Virus record (IMG/VR): IMGVR_UViG_3300044675_001378
Strand: one strand, 5' to 3'
Length of the DNA stretch: 64,000 nt
Source: an uncultured virus (IMG/VR IMGVR_UViG_3300044675_001378)
Lineage: Duplodnaviria; Heunggongvirae; Uroviricota; Caudoviricetes
The notes under the pieces are model-generated. The model worked only from the letters and a program-made list of their open reading frames with translations, searched no databases and was not told where the DNA came from. Both the position numbers and the translations under genes were made by a program. Below, one piece after another: positions 16,642-25,873 of this stretch (its first letter is position 1; each line of letters opens with the position of its first letter).

Positions 16642-17574
16642 ATGGCAACCACCTCTGGCACAGCAGCCTTTAACCTTGACCTGACTGATCTGGTCGAGGA
16701 GGCGTTTGAGCGCGTCGGTAGCGAGATGCGTACTGGCTACGACTTGCGGACTGCCCGCCGGTCGCTGAACCTGCTGTTTGCGGACTGGGCTAACCGTGGC
16801 GTGAACATGTGGACGTTTGAGCAAGGCTCCATCACTTTGGTGCAGGGGCAAAACACTTACGCCCTGCCGTCAGACACCGTTGACCTGCTTGAGCACGTCA
16901 TCCGCACTGGTGCTAACACGGCGTCTACACAGGCAGACCTGACGATCACCCGGATCAGCGTATCAACCTACGCCACGATTCCGAACAAGATTCAACAGGC
17001 GCGGCCAATCCAAATCTGGATTCAGCGGTACAACGCACAAAGCTCGCCTACGGGCCTGACGCTGAACGGCACCATTACCTCTACGGCTACAACACTCACC
17101 CTCAGTTCTACTGTGGGCCTGCCAGCTTCCGGTTTTATCAAAATTGACAACGAGACCATCAACTACAGCTACATATCAGGGAATACCCTAAACAACTGTT
17201 TCCGCGCTCAGAACAACACCACCGCAGCCTCTCACACTACGGGCACAGCCGTGTTCTTGGAACAGCTCCCGGCGGTCACTGTCTGGCCAACGCCGGATGG
17301 CTCACAGACCTACACGCTGGTTTACTGGCGTTTGCGCCGTACGCAGGATGCCGGTGGTGGTGTCAACGTCATGGATGTGCCTTTCAGGTTCGTGCCTTGC
17401 ATGGTGGCTGGGCTGGCCTACTACTTGGCTATAAAGGTGCCCGGTGGCATTGAACGTCTGGGCGTGCTCAAACAGCAGTACGATGAGGCGTGGCAACTGG
17501 CTTCGGATGAGGACCGTGAAAAGGCGGCTGTACGGTTCGTGCCGCGCCAGATGTTTATTGGAAGCGGAACATGA
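16642..17574 (+). CDS. putative head-tail adaptor/tail tubular protein with inserted beta domain
   Basis: TARRSLNLLFADWANRG, PFRFVPCMVAGLAYYLA; position after head genes. Confidence 0.65.
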   Translation: MATTSGTAAFNLDLTDLVEEAFERVGSEMRTGYDLRTARRSLNLLFADWANRGVNMWTFEQGSITLVQGQNTYALPSDTVDLLEHVIRTGANTASTQADLTITRISVSTYATIPNKIQQARPIQIWIQRYNAQSSPTGLTLNGTITSTATTLTLSSTVGLPASGFIKIDNETINYSYISGNTLNNCFRAQNNTTAASHTTGTAVFLEQLPAVTVWPTPDGSQTYTLVYWRLRRTQDAGGGVNVMDVPFRFVPCMVAGLAYYLAIKVPGGIERLGVLKQQYDEAWQLASDEDREKAAVRFVPRQMFIGSGT

Positions 17575-18284
17575 AGTCAAAGAAAGTGCGTAAGTTTTCC
17601 GGTGCGGAGGGTAGTTTTATACTGCCCGCACAGGTGCGCACTTTTGCCGAGACGGTTGCAGGTAACCGCGACCCCATCACAGAAAAAAATTTTAGTAAAA
17701 AAGAAACACAACAGATGCGCGACGCTATTGCGCGTTCGAGGGAACGGCAATCGAAGATTGTAGAATTTGAAAAAAGCAAAGGTCGTAGAGGATACTACGA
17801 CGAAACCGTAGACTATAAGGATTACGGCGCGGACAAGTTAAGACAGATGGACTCTAAGAGAGACTACAGCCCCCTACCGGGTGATGCCGCAAGAAACACA
17901 TTGGGGCGTTTTAAGTACGAGAAGACGCCGGAAGGTCGTTTGGTTGTAACCGACAGTTACGATTTCAAAGACGATCTCGTGGATAAAAACTCAAATATCC
18001 CGCGTTCGAAAGACTACGAAAAGTTGAGCACGTTTGAAAAACTGGGCAAACTGGCAAAAGACACTATTGCTTCGGACAAAGGAGGTTTAACAACGCTCCC
18101 CAGCCGTGTGGGTAGTGCGTTTGTCGGAGCCGCATCCCGACCCGTGCGTGTTGACCTCGGAGAAGCCCCCTTTAGAAAAGGCGGAGCAGTAAAAGCACGA
18201 GCGCACGGCCCATCACGCACAAGTTCTTCTAAGCGCGGCGACGGCATTGCCAAAAAAGGCTTTACCAAAGGCAAGGTGCGATAA
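17571..18284 (+). CDS. hypothetical protein, moron-like, with FRKGG motif and RGDGIAKKG tail
   Basis: 237 aa, coupled at both ends. Confidence 0.7.
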   Translation: MKSKKVRKFSGAEGSFILPAQVRTFAETVAGNRDPITEKNFSKKETQQMRDAIARSRERQSKIVEFEKSKGRRGYYDETVDYKDYGADKLRQMDSKRDYSPLPGDAARNTLGRFKYEKTPEGRLVVTDSYDFKDDLVDKNSNIPRSKDYEKLSTFEKLGKLAKDTIASDKGGLTTLPSRVGSAFVGAASRPVRVDLGEAPFRKGGAVKARAHGPSRTSSSKRGDGIAKKGFTKGKVR

Positions 18285-18673
18285 TGGGCAACCGTTTTTC
18301 CTCCGGCAAGAACTCGATTGCCATTTGCGACAGGTGTGGTTTTCAGTTTAAGCTGACCAACCTGCGCAAAGAAGTTGTTAAGACAAAGATTAACAACACG
18401 CTGGTCTGCCCGTCCTGCTATGACCCGGATCAGCCACAGCTCCAGTTGGGCATGTACCCAGTAGATGACCCGCAAGCGGTGCGCAACCCCCGCAGGGACT
18501 CAACGTATGTTGAGGCTGGTGTAAACACGGCAGGGTTCAATACCGGGGGTAGCCGGGACATCCAGTGGGGTTGGTATCCGGTTGGTGGTGCTAGCTTCTT
18601 CACCGAGTTGCTGACGCCAAACAATCTGGTGTTGACTACAGCGGTGGGTCAAGTGACAATCTCAGTAACCTAA
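18284..18673 (+). CDS. conserved CxxC..CxxC protein
   Basis: ICDRCGF...VCPSCYDPDQPQL. Confidence 0.75.
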   Translation: MGNRFSSGKNSIAICDRCGFQFKLTNLRKEVVKTKINNTLVCPSCYDPDQPQLQLGMYPVDDPQAVRNPRRDSTYVEAGVNTAGFNTGGSRDIQWGWYPVGGASFFTELLTPNNLVLTTAVGQVTISVT

Positions 18674-18683
18674 GGAGTTAGAA

Positions 18684-18887
18684 ATGGCCATATCGTACAA
18701 AACCAGACCAGCCCCAACAAAGGCAGTGCTTCCGCCAACGAACAACGACAAGTATTTGGCGGATGTAAACGTGTCAGTGGGCAACAACCGCAGTAACGAT
18801 TACAAGCCAACCAAGACCACAGGCATAGTGACCCGGGGTAATGGCTGCGCCACTAAAGGCATCACCGCCCGAGGACCAATGGCGTGA
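18684..18887 (+). CDS. small basic protein with RGNGCATKG tail
   Basis: 67 aa; AAGGAG RBS. Confidence 0.7.
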   Translation: MAISYKTRPAPTKAVLPPTNNDKYLADVNVSVGNNRSNDYKPTKTTGIVTRGNGCATKGITARGPMA

Positions 18888-19570
18888 ACTACACCCAGTT
18901 AACAAATGCGATCTGCGATTACACGCAGAACTTCGACCAAGACTTCATTGACAACATTCCGGTGTTTGTGGAGCAGGCCGAAGAACGCATTTTTAACACT
19001 GTCCAGTTCCCGGCACTTCGCAAGAATCAGTTCTCTCTCATAACGACCAACAACAAGTACGTGTCTTTGCCAAACGATTTCTTGTCTGTGTTTTCGTTGG
19101 CATTGGTGACAGGTGTTACCGGCGCAAACCTAGACACTGGCACGTACGAGTACTTGCTCAACAAGGATGTAAACTTTATCCGGCAGGCTTACCCCAGCCC
19201 GAACGCAACAGGCGAGCCAAAATACTACGCTTTGTTCGGGCCAACGATTGTCAGTTCAGCGATCACCACTGAGCTATCACTCATCCTCGGCCCAACGCCT
19301 GATGCTGCGTATTACGTAGAGTTGCATTACTTCTACTACCCCGTTTCAATTGTCACGGCTGGCACATCTTGGCTTGGCGATAATTACGATCCCGTCCTGT
19401 TGTACGGCTCTCTGGTAGAGGCAAACACGTTCATGAAGGGTGAAGCCGACATGACCGCCTTGTACAACGGAAAATACACAGAAGCTTTAGCACAGGCCAA
19501 ACGACTTGGTGATGGACTTGAGCGCGGAGATGCGTATCGGGACGGTCAGTACAAGCAAAAGGTGATCTGA
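18884..19570 (+). CDS. putative head-tail adaptor
   Basis: MNYTQL..FVEQAEERI..GPTPD..LLYGSLVEA. Confidence 0.65.
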   Translation: MNYTQLTNAICDYTQNFDQDFIDNIPVFVEQAEERIFNTVQFPALRKNQFSLITTNNKYVSLPNDFLSVFSLALVTGVTGANLDTGTYEYLLNKDVNFIRQAYPSPNATGEPKYYALFGPTIVSSAITTELSLILGPTPDAAYYVELHYFYYPVSIVTAGTSWLGDNYDPVLLYGSLVEANTFMKGEADMTALYNGKYTEALAQAKRLGDGLERGDAYRDGQYKQKVI

Positions 19571-19571
19571 T

Positions 19572-19988
19572 ATGGCATTTGACCAGACACTCACCACAAG
19601 CTTCAAGCAGGATATTTTGCTGGGTGTACACGACCTTGACACAGACACGCTGAAGATGGCCTTGTACTTGGCGACAGCCAACCTTGACGCAGACACCACC
19701 GTTTACACAGCAACAGGCGAAACATCCGGTACAGGCTATACAGCCGGTGGCAATGTGTTGACAGGCGTTACGGTTCAGACCTCGGGCACAACAGCCTTTG
19801 TAGATTTTGCCAACCCCACATGGAACCCCGCCAATTTCACGGCACGTGGCGCGTTAATTTATAACGTCACCAAGAGCAACAAAGCGATTGCTATATTGGA
19901 CTTTGGCTCTGACAAGGTGGCGACCACCACCTTTGTTGTTGAGATGCCAGCCAACACAGTGTCATCTGCGTTAATTAGAATTTCATAA
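19572..19988 (+). CDS. virion structural protein, paralog 1
   Basis: DTLKMALY...SGTGYTAGG...ARGALIYN. Confidence 0.75.
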   Translation: MAFDQTLTTSFKQDILLGVHDLDTDTLKMALYLATANLDADTTVYTATGETSGTGYTAGGNVLTGVTVQTSGTTAFVDFANPTWNPANFTARGALIYNVTKSNKAIAILDFGSDKVATTTFVVEMPANTVSSALIRIS

Positions 19989-19996
19989 GGACCAAC

Positions 19997-20191
19997 ATGC
20001 TTGTAACCACAACCAAAGGCGACATGGATGACTCCCTGCTTGAAAAGCGGGAAGGCACAGTGGATAATGACAACGAACTCACGACATGGGTTGAGTACTG
20101 GTTGGACGGAGAGCTTGTCCACCGTTCTGCGCATGTGACCTTGAAAAAAACAGCCGTCTTTGGTGGCGGCGAAACAGCTTCTTTTGCTTAA
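19997..20191 (+). CDS. hypothetical protein (64 aa)
   Basis: AAGGA RBS; WVEYWLDGELVHRS. Confidence 0.7.
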   Translation: MLVTTTKGDMDDSLLEKREGTVDNDNELTTWVEYWLDGELVHRSAHVTLKKTAVFGGGETASFA

Positions 20192-20201
20192 AGGATAAAT
20201 C

Positions 20202-20678
20202 ATGGCAAACACTCAATCAATGTGTACCTCGTTCATGGGCGAGCTAATGACCGCAACCCATAACTTTGGAACGGCACCGACCCGCGGAACAAGCGCAACC
20301 GACACGTTTAAAGCGGCTTTGTATTTGACATCCGCCACAGTTAACGCATCTACCACGGCGTACTCTGCTTCGAATGAGGTGTCTGGTACGGGTTACTCCG
20401 CAGGGGGCGTAACGGTAACGGCTGCAACCCCTCCTACGGCAACAAACTCTTCGGCAACTGCGGGGGTGGCGTTTTTTACCCCTTCGGCATCCATTGTTTA
20501 CACAACAGTAACTTTGTCTACGGCGTTTGATGCGGTGTTGATTTACAACTCTACGCAAAGTAACAAGGCGGTTTCTGTCCATACGTTTGGCAGTCAGACC
20601 ATCACGGCGGGTACTTTTACTTTGACAATGCCTGCTGATACGACATCAACTGCTTTGTTGCGTCTGGCTACAACCTAA
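20202..20678 (+). CDS. virion structural protein, paralog 2
   Basis: DTFKAALY...SGTGYSAGG...AVLIYN; homologous to 19572..19988. Confidence 0.75.
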   Translation: MANTQSMCTSFMGELMTATHNFGTAPTRGTSATDTFKAALYLTSATVNASTTAYSASNEVSGTGYSAGGVTVTAATPPTATNSSATAGVAFFTPSASIVYTTVTLSTAFDAVLIYNSTQSNKAVSVHTFGSQTITAGTFTLTMPADTTSTALLRLATT

Positions 20679-20703
20679 GCGGAGGCGGCGTAAGCCGTAG
20701 ACC

Positions 20704-21546
20704 ATGTTTGGTATATCCGCATTTGCACAGGCCCCATTTGCGGCTCTCGGTGAAAACGTAGTCGTCGTTGCCCTGACGGGCGTGTCCGCGTCCGGGAATG
20801 TTGGATCAGTTCTCAGTGGGCAAGAACTAACGGGCGTGTCTGCGTCTGGGGCTGTTGGGTCTGTAACAGGCTCAAGCACCGTTGCTCTGTCGGGTGTTGC
20901 GGCCTCCGGTTTTGTTGGATCAGTTACTGCGGCTTCGACAGTTGCCCTGACGGGCGTGTCTGCATCTGGAGAGGTTGGCACTGTTGCTCGCGGGGACACA
21001 GCATTTGCTCTGTCAGGGGTAGAGGCTTTAGGGGGTGTTGGTTCCGTCGGGGTGACAAACTCTCTTGCCCTGATTGGCGTGTCTGCGGCGGGGGCCGTTG
21101 GTACTGTTTCTCGCGGGCCAACATTATTTGCCCTGACAGGGGTTGAGGCTTCCGGCGCTGTTGGGACAATGATCTACAACGAGTCGGATGCAACATCCGG
21201 CGATGTGGCAATAGGCGAAGTTGGCACAGTAGCCCCCTCTCTCACCGTCGCTCTTACGGGGGTGGCGGCTTCAGGTTTTGCAGGCACGGTGAGCCACAGC
21301 AAAACAATTGCGCTGACTGGAAATTTGGCAATCGGAACCGCTGGATCGGTTGGGTTTACAGAGTCTTTTGCGCTGTCTGGGGTGCAAGCCTCGGGCGCGG
21401 CTGGAACTGTAATCGCCGTTTATTGGATTTTGGTAGATGACAGTCAAACTCCAAACTGGCAAAATATCAACGATTCTCAAACACCCAACTGGGCGCTGGT
21501 AAATAACGCAGAAACGGCTGATTGGTCGTTGGTTGAGACGGATTAA
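20704..21546 (+). CDS. repeat-rich fibre-like virion protein
   Basis: ~19-aa ALTGVSASGxVG repeats; C-terminal DDSQTPNW repeats. Confidence 0.75.
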   Translation: MFGISAFAQAPFAALGENVVVVALTGVSASGNVGSVLSGQELTGVSASGAVGSVTGSSTVALSGVAASGFVGSVTAASTVALTGVSASGEVGTVARGDTAFALSGVEALGGVGSVGVTNSLALIGVSAAGAVGTVSRGPTLFALTGVEASGAVGTMIYNESDATSGDVAIGEVGTVAPSLTVALTGVAASGFAGTVSHSKTIALTGNLAIGTAGSVGFTESFALSGVQASGAAGTVIAVYWILVDDSQTPNWQNINDSQTPNWALVNNAETADWSLVETD

Positions 21547-21554
21547 GGATACAT

Positions 21555-22013
21555 ATGGCTCTCGTACTTGCAGACCGGGTAAAAGAAACAACCACCACGA
21601 CAGGTACTGGGACAGTAACGCTTCTGGGCGCATCAACGGGGTTCCAGTCGTTCGCGGCAGTTGGCGACGCCAACACCACCTATTACGCTATCGTGGCTCA
21701 AACCGGCACTGAATGGGAAGTTGGGATTGGTACGTATGCAACATCAGGCACAACCTTAGCCCGAACAGTGGTGTTGTCATCGTCTAACAGCGGATCAGCA
21801 GTCAACTTTAGCGCCGGAACAAAAGACGTATTTGTTACCTACCCGTCAGAACGCGCCGTGATTGGGGGTGAGGGTTATGTTGAAAACTCCGCAACGGTTG
21901 CTGTTAGCTCGACTATTACGGCAGGAAACAACGCCATGAGCGCGGGGCCAGTCACAATTAACTCAGGCATTACAGTAACAGTTCCTAGCGGTAGCCGCTG
22001 GGTTGTCGTTTAA
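21555..22013 (+). CDS. tail fibre/adaptor protein
   Basis: MALVLADRVKETT, WEVGIGTY; C-terminal GPVTINSGITVTVPSGSRWVVV. Confidence 0.75.
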   Translation: MALVLADRVKETTTTTGTGTVTLLGASTGFQSFAAVGDANTTYYAIVAQTGTEWEVGIGTYATSGTTLARTVVLSSSNSGSAVNFSAGTKDVFVTYPSERAVIGGEGYVENSATVAVSSTITAGNNAMSAGPVTINSGITVTVPSGSRWVVV

Positions 22014-22070
22014 CGGCAGTTGCCCACCATGCTTAAATCTGCGAAAATAACTTGAACGTAAGGGAAAGAC

Positions 22071-23039
22071 ATGGCAAGCACGTATTCAGACCTTAAATTT
22101 GAGCTGATTGGCACGGGCGAACAAGCAGGCTCTTGGGGCAGCACGACCAACGATAACATTGGCACGGCTATTGAGCAGGCCCTTGTCGGATTAGGCAACC
22201 CTGTTTTTACCAGCGACACCAACCTGACTATCAGCCTGAGCAACACAGTTGCGCTTCAGACGGCGCGAGCCTTGGTCCTGAACGCTACGTCTACGGGCAG
22301 TCTGACGGTTACCCGTGAGTTGGTGGTGCCAACCATCGAGAAGCAGTACATTGTTCAGAACAACACCTCGGGCGGTCAAAGCATTACCGTGAAGACCTCG
22401 GGCGGGACGGGTATCACGGTGCCCAACGGGCGCAAGGCGCATTTGTATGTAGACGGCACCAACGTCATCCAGATGTTCGACTTCGTAGACATCAACGGTG
22501 GTGCAATTGACGGCACTGTTATTGGTGGCGCTACTACGGCAGCGGGTAGTTTTACAACACTCAACGCCACCGTCTTGACCGCCACCGCAGACTCGGCCTT
22601 CACGTCTACAGGTGCTGTGCAGATTTCCAAGGGAACGACAGCAGAGCGCCCCACGGGCGTTACGGGCAAGCTAAGGTTCAACACTACCACTGGTGAGTTT
22701 GAGGGCTACACGGGCGCTGGTTGGGCTTCTGTGGGCGGTTCTGCAATTGTCAACGACACCAGCACAGCGTCAAATATTTTCCCGCTGATGGCAAGTGCAA
22801 CAAGCGGCACGGCCTTGACAGTCAACACCAGCAATGCCAAGCTGCTGTACAAGCCTTCAACGGGGGAGTTTCAGTCAACAGTATTGGTGGCCTCAAACGG
22901 CATTGTGGTGAACAGCCAGACGGTGGCAGAGAATTACACTATTGCCGCAACAAACAACGCAATGTCCTCTGGCCCAATCACTATCAACTCCGGCATCACA
23001 GTCACAGTCTCCAGCGGCTCTCGCTGGGCTGTTGTTTGA
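22071..23039 (+). CDS. tail fibre protein
   Basis: MASTYS..GEQAGSWG, GTTAERP..LRFNTT..FEGY; same C-terminal module as previous gene. Confidence 0.8.
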   Translation: MASTYSDLKFELIGTGEQAGSWGSTTNDNIGTAIEQALVGLGNPVFTSDTNLTISLSNTVALQTARALVLNATSTGSLTVTRELVVPTIEKQYIVQNNTSGGQSITVKTSGGTGITVPNGRKAHLYVDGTNVIQMFDFVDINGGAIDGTVIGGATTAAGSFTTLNATVLTATADSAFTSTGAVQISKGTTAERPTGVTGKLRFNTTTGEFEGYTGAGWASVGGSAIVNDTSTASNIFPLMASATSGTALTVNTSNAKLLYKPSTGEFQSTVLVASNGIVVNSQTVAENYTIAATNNAMSSGPITINSGITVTVSSGSRWAVV

Positions 23040-23051
23040 AAGGAAACAAAC

Positions 23052-23726
23052 ATGACTTTAATTCTAAGCGGCACTGACGGCCTTTCTGATGTGGACGGCA
23101 CAGCAGCCGCCCCTGCTATTCGCGGCACTGATGCCAACACCGGCATCTTTTTTGGTACAGACATCATCGGGTTTAGTGAAGGCGGTGTTGAGTCTGCGCG
23201 GTTCAACGCAGATGCCCAATTTGTTGCCGCCTCTGGTACAGCCGCGTTGCCCGTCATTACGACTACCGGCGATGTCAACACAGGCATCTTCTTCCCTGCC
23301 GCTGACACAGTGGCTGTCAGCACTGGCGGCACAGAACGCGCCCGTATCGAATCAACGGGAAATTTCCTTGTCAAGCGACAAATTACTTCATTTACCACAA
23401 ACGGGTTTGGAGTTTTTCGTTCGGGAAGCAGTCTTGATGTTGCAGATGGTTCCACCATTACCTTATCTAGTGGGTCTGCTGCTCAATTGATTTGTGTTAC
23501 ATGTGGGACTTCTGGAAATGGGGGCACATTTTTTGCCAATTACAATGTAACAGTTTCACAAATTGGCGGGTCTGCTACTCAAATATCAACTACTGATGCA
23601 GGTGTTGTTGATATTGCTGTGTATAAATCTATAAATAACAACACAGTTACATTTAAGAATCGCTCTGGATTTACAAAAAATTACACAATCTCTATTTTTT
23701 GTGCCGACAATGGTGACACAGTTTAA
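23052..23726 (+). CDS. putative receptor-binding fibre subunit 1
   Basis: GTAAAP..NTGIFF repeats, GGTERARI; AT-rich C-terminal half. Confidence 0.7.
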   Translation: MTLILSGTDGLSDVDGTAAAPAIRGTDANTGIFFGTDIIGFSEGGVESARFNADAQFVAASGTAALPVITTTGDVNTGIFFPAADTVAVSTGGTERARIESTGNFLVKRQITSFTTNGFGVFRSGSSLDVADGSTITLSSGSAAQLICVTCGTSGNGGTFFANYNVTVSQIGGSATQISTTDAGVVDIAVYKSINNNTVTFKNRSGFTKNYTISIFCADNGDTV

Positions 23727-23740
23727 TTAAAGGAAAAATC

Positions 23741-23983
23741 ATGCAAGTTGAAATCAAAAACTTTGAAAACGAAACTGACAATAAGTTTGTCGGCTTTAAT
23801 ATTCGCAACGATGCAAACGCTTTGTTTATTATTGACAAACGAGTTCCATTGGTAAATGGAAAAACTGATGAGCAATATGTCCAAGATGCGCTTGCTCTTG
23901 CAAAACCAGAGATTGACGAATGGTTGGCATCACAGTCTTTTGTTGGTCGCAAGTGGAATATTGCAACCAACTCTTTTGAATGA
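23741..23983 (+). CDS. putative fibre chaperone 1
   Basis: 80 aa, AT-rich, AAGGA RBS, follows fibre gene. Confidence 0.55.
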   Translation: MQVEIKNFENETDNKFVGFNIRNDANALFIIDKRVPLVNGKTDEQYVQDALALAKPEIDEWLASQSFVGRKWNIATNSFE

Positions 23984-24035
23984 CTAAAACAGCAGCCATG
24001 ACAACCCGCATCACCGCACTTGAAGGAGCAGCAGC

Positions 24036-24647
24036 ATGAGCAGCATTGCAGTAACGGCCTCGGCAACCGGCACGGGCACAGTCACCCTGTTAGCACCCAT
24101 CACAAACACAAACAGGACGCTGACGCTGCCTGATGCTACTGACACAGTGGCGGGTATTGCCGCGACTCAGACGCTGACTAACAAAACTATAAATGCAAGC
24201 CAATTAGTTGATGCGTCTGTAACACAAGCAAAACTTGGAACAAACGTGGCTGGCAACGGCCCTGCATTTAGGGCAACCCGTTCAACAGCGCAGACCCCAT
24301 CAAGTAGCACTTGGACAAAAGTTACGTTTGATACAGAAACATTTGACACAAATAGCAATTTTGCTTCCAGTAGATTTACGCCAACTGTTGCTGGGTATTA
24401 TCAGTTTAATTGGTCGGGTGGTGTTACGGGGTCTGCAAGTGAAGCATATGTGGCACTCTATAAAAATGGAAGTAATGAAATTTATAATTTTATGATTGGT
24501 GTCTTAACACAAAATGGGTATTTTGCAAATGATTTGCAATATGCTAATGGCACGACTGACTATTTTGAAGTATATATTTATATTACTGATGATGCCCCGT
24601 CTTGTAGTGTTTTAAATATGTCTGGTTTTCTTGCAAGGGGCGCATAA
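24036..24647 (+). CDS. putative receptor-binding fibre subunit 2 (C1q/TNF-like tip)
   Basis: NRTLTLPD, QTLTNKT, GPAFRA, FTPTVAGYYQ, NGTTDYFE. Confidence 0.7.
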   Translation: MSSIAVTASATGTGTVTLLAPITNTNRTLTLPDATDTVAGIAATQTLTNKTINASQLVDASVTQAKLGTNVAGNGPAFRATRSTAQTPSSSTWTKVTFDTETFDTNSNFASSRFTPTVAGYYQFNWSGGVTGSASEAYVALYKNGSNEIYNFMIGVLTQNGYFANDLQYANGTTDYFEVYIYITDDAPSCSVLNMSGFLARGA

Positions 24648-24648
24648 C

Positions 24649-24813
24649 ATGACACTCTACGACAAAATCAAAGCACTGTATCCTACGCTGACTCAGCAGG
24701 ACTTCCTGACCACCATCCGCTTGCAGAACGACTCTGACGGCAAGGGTGACTACATTGCCGCTTGGGATCACCCGACCCTGGCACGACCCACTGAGGAGCA
24801 ACTGAATGGCTAA
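24649..24813 (+). CDS. XkdW-like fibre-associated protein
   Basis: LYP..DF..IRLQNDSDGKGDYIAAW..PTEEQL. Confidence 0.65.
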   Translation: MTLYDKIKALYPTLTQQDFLTTIRLQNDSDGKGDYIAAWDHPTLARPTEEQLNG

Positions 24814-25405
24814 CGGAACAATTGCAGCAAGCCAGCTTGAGATGCTGTCCCTAAGCGGGACGGGCATCATCACCATCACGCCACCGGCTACCAACACGAA
24901 CAGGGCGATCACTCTGCCTGACGCAGCGGGTGCGCTTGTTGTGTCTGGCACAACCCCGAGCTTGAACGGCATCACCTTCCCCGCTACGCAATCGGCAAGC
25001 GCTGACGCAAACACGCTGGATGATTATGAGGAGGGGACTTTTACGCCAATCATTGTTGGCGGCACTACTGCTGGTACAGCAACATATACCTCGCAAACTG
25101 GTCAGTACACAAAAATTGGAAATAGAGTTTTAATTAGCATTCGAATAGGTTATAACAGCGGAACTGGAACAGGGACTTTAAATATAGGTGGATTACCCTT
25201 TACAACAGATAGCGCAGGCGCATCTTTAAGTAACTATTCTGATGGTATTTCAATGACAGCAGGCCATGTAATGCAACTTATAACAGGAACTAGTAACACA
25301 CTAATAAATGTTAATTCAGTCGCAACTGGCGGCGGTTCTGATGCAAATGTTGCTTATGATGCACAAGGATTTATGGCAGTAAATGGTAATTACAAAATTG
25401 CTTAA
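24806..25405 (+). CDS. putative receptor-binding fibre subunit 3
   Basis: NRAITLPD, ANTLDDYEEGTFTP, YTKIGNRV, GGLPF. Confidence 0.75.
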   Translation: MANGTIAASQLEMLSLSGTGIITITPPATNTNRAITLPDAAGALVVSGTTPSLNGITFPATQSASADANTLDDYEEGTFTPIIVGGTTAGTATYTSQTGQYTKIGNRVLISIRIGYNSGTGTGTLNIGGLPFTTDSAGASLSNYSDGISMTAGHVMQLITGTSNTLINVNSVATGGGSDANVAYDAQGFMAVNGNYKIA

Positions 25406-25449
25406 TTATCTACATTGGATTATGCAGTCGGACATTTAAAGGAAATCAA

Positions 25450-25692
25450 ATGGCACTCACCGAAACCAAAGTTATCGACCAAATCACCGTCACCGAGAAC
25501 GGCATTGTGCTGTACCGCGAGGCTACACGCATCCTAAAAGACGGCGACCAGATTGCTCAGACCTTTCACCGCACCAGCCTGACACCGGGCCAAGACCTCA
25601 CTGGTCAACCTGCCAATGTCGTGGCAATCTGCAATGCGGCTTGGACTGCTGAAGTGGTTGCGGCGTATCAGGCTCAAGTCGCAGCAGCTTAG
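25450..25692 (+). CDS. putative fibre chaperone 3
   Basis: MALTE..IDQITV..FHRTSL..ICNAAWT. Confidence 0.65.
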   Translation: MALTETKVIDQITVTENGIVLYREATRILKDGDQIAQTFHRTSLTPGQDLTGQPANVVAICNAAWTAEVVAAYQAQVAAA

Positions 25693-25714
25693 CAAGAAAC
25701 GGACTGTGTAAATT

Positions 25715-25873
25715 GTGGACGCGCTGCCGCCATTACCGCCAGCAGCACAAGCACCTGCTCCAACCTTTGAGTGCGTAAGGTGGTCGTGGTCCTCGGACCG
25801 CAAAGAAGTTTGGTGTCTCCAGTGGCGAGAAAAAGGCAAACCTGAACCTAAGAAGGTAGCGGAAAGTGATTGA
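25715..25873 (+). CDS. hypothetical protein (52 aa, Pro-rich, CVRW..WCLQW)
   Basis: not in track; GTG start, overlaps next gene start. Confidence 0.5.
   Translation: MDALPPLPPAAQAPAPTFECVRWSWSSDRKEVWCLQWREKGKPEPKKVAESD

Noticed and set aside
21927..23039. DGR template/variable repeat pair in fibre C-termini
   Set aside because: Differences are mostly synonymous and not adenine-specific; no reverse transcriptase gene seen.
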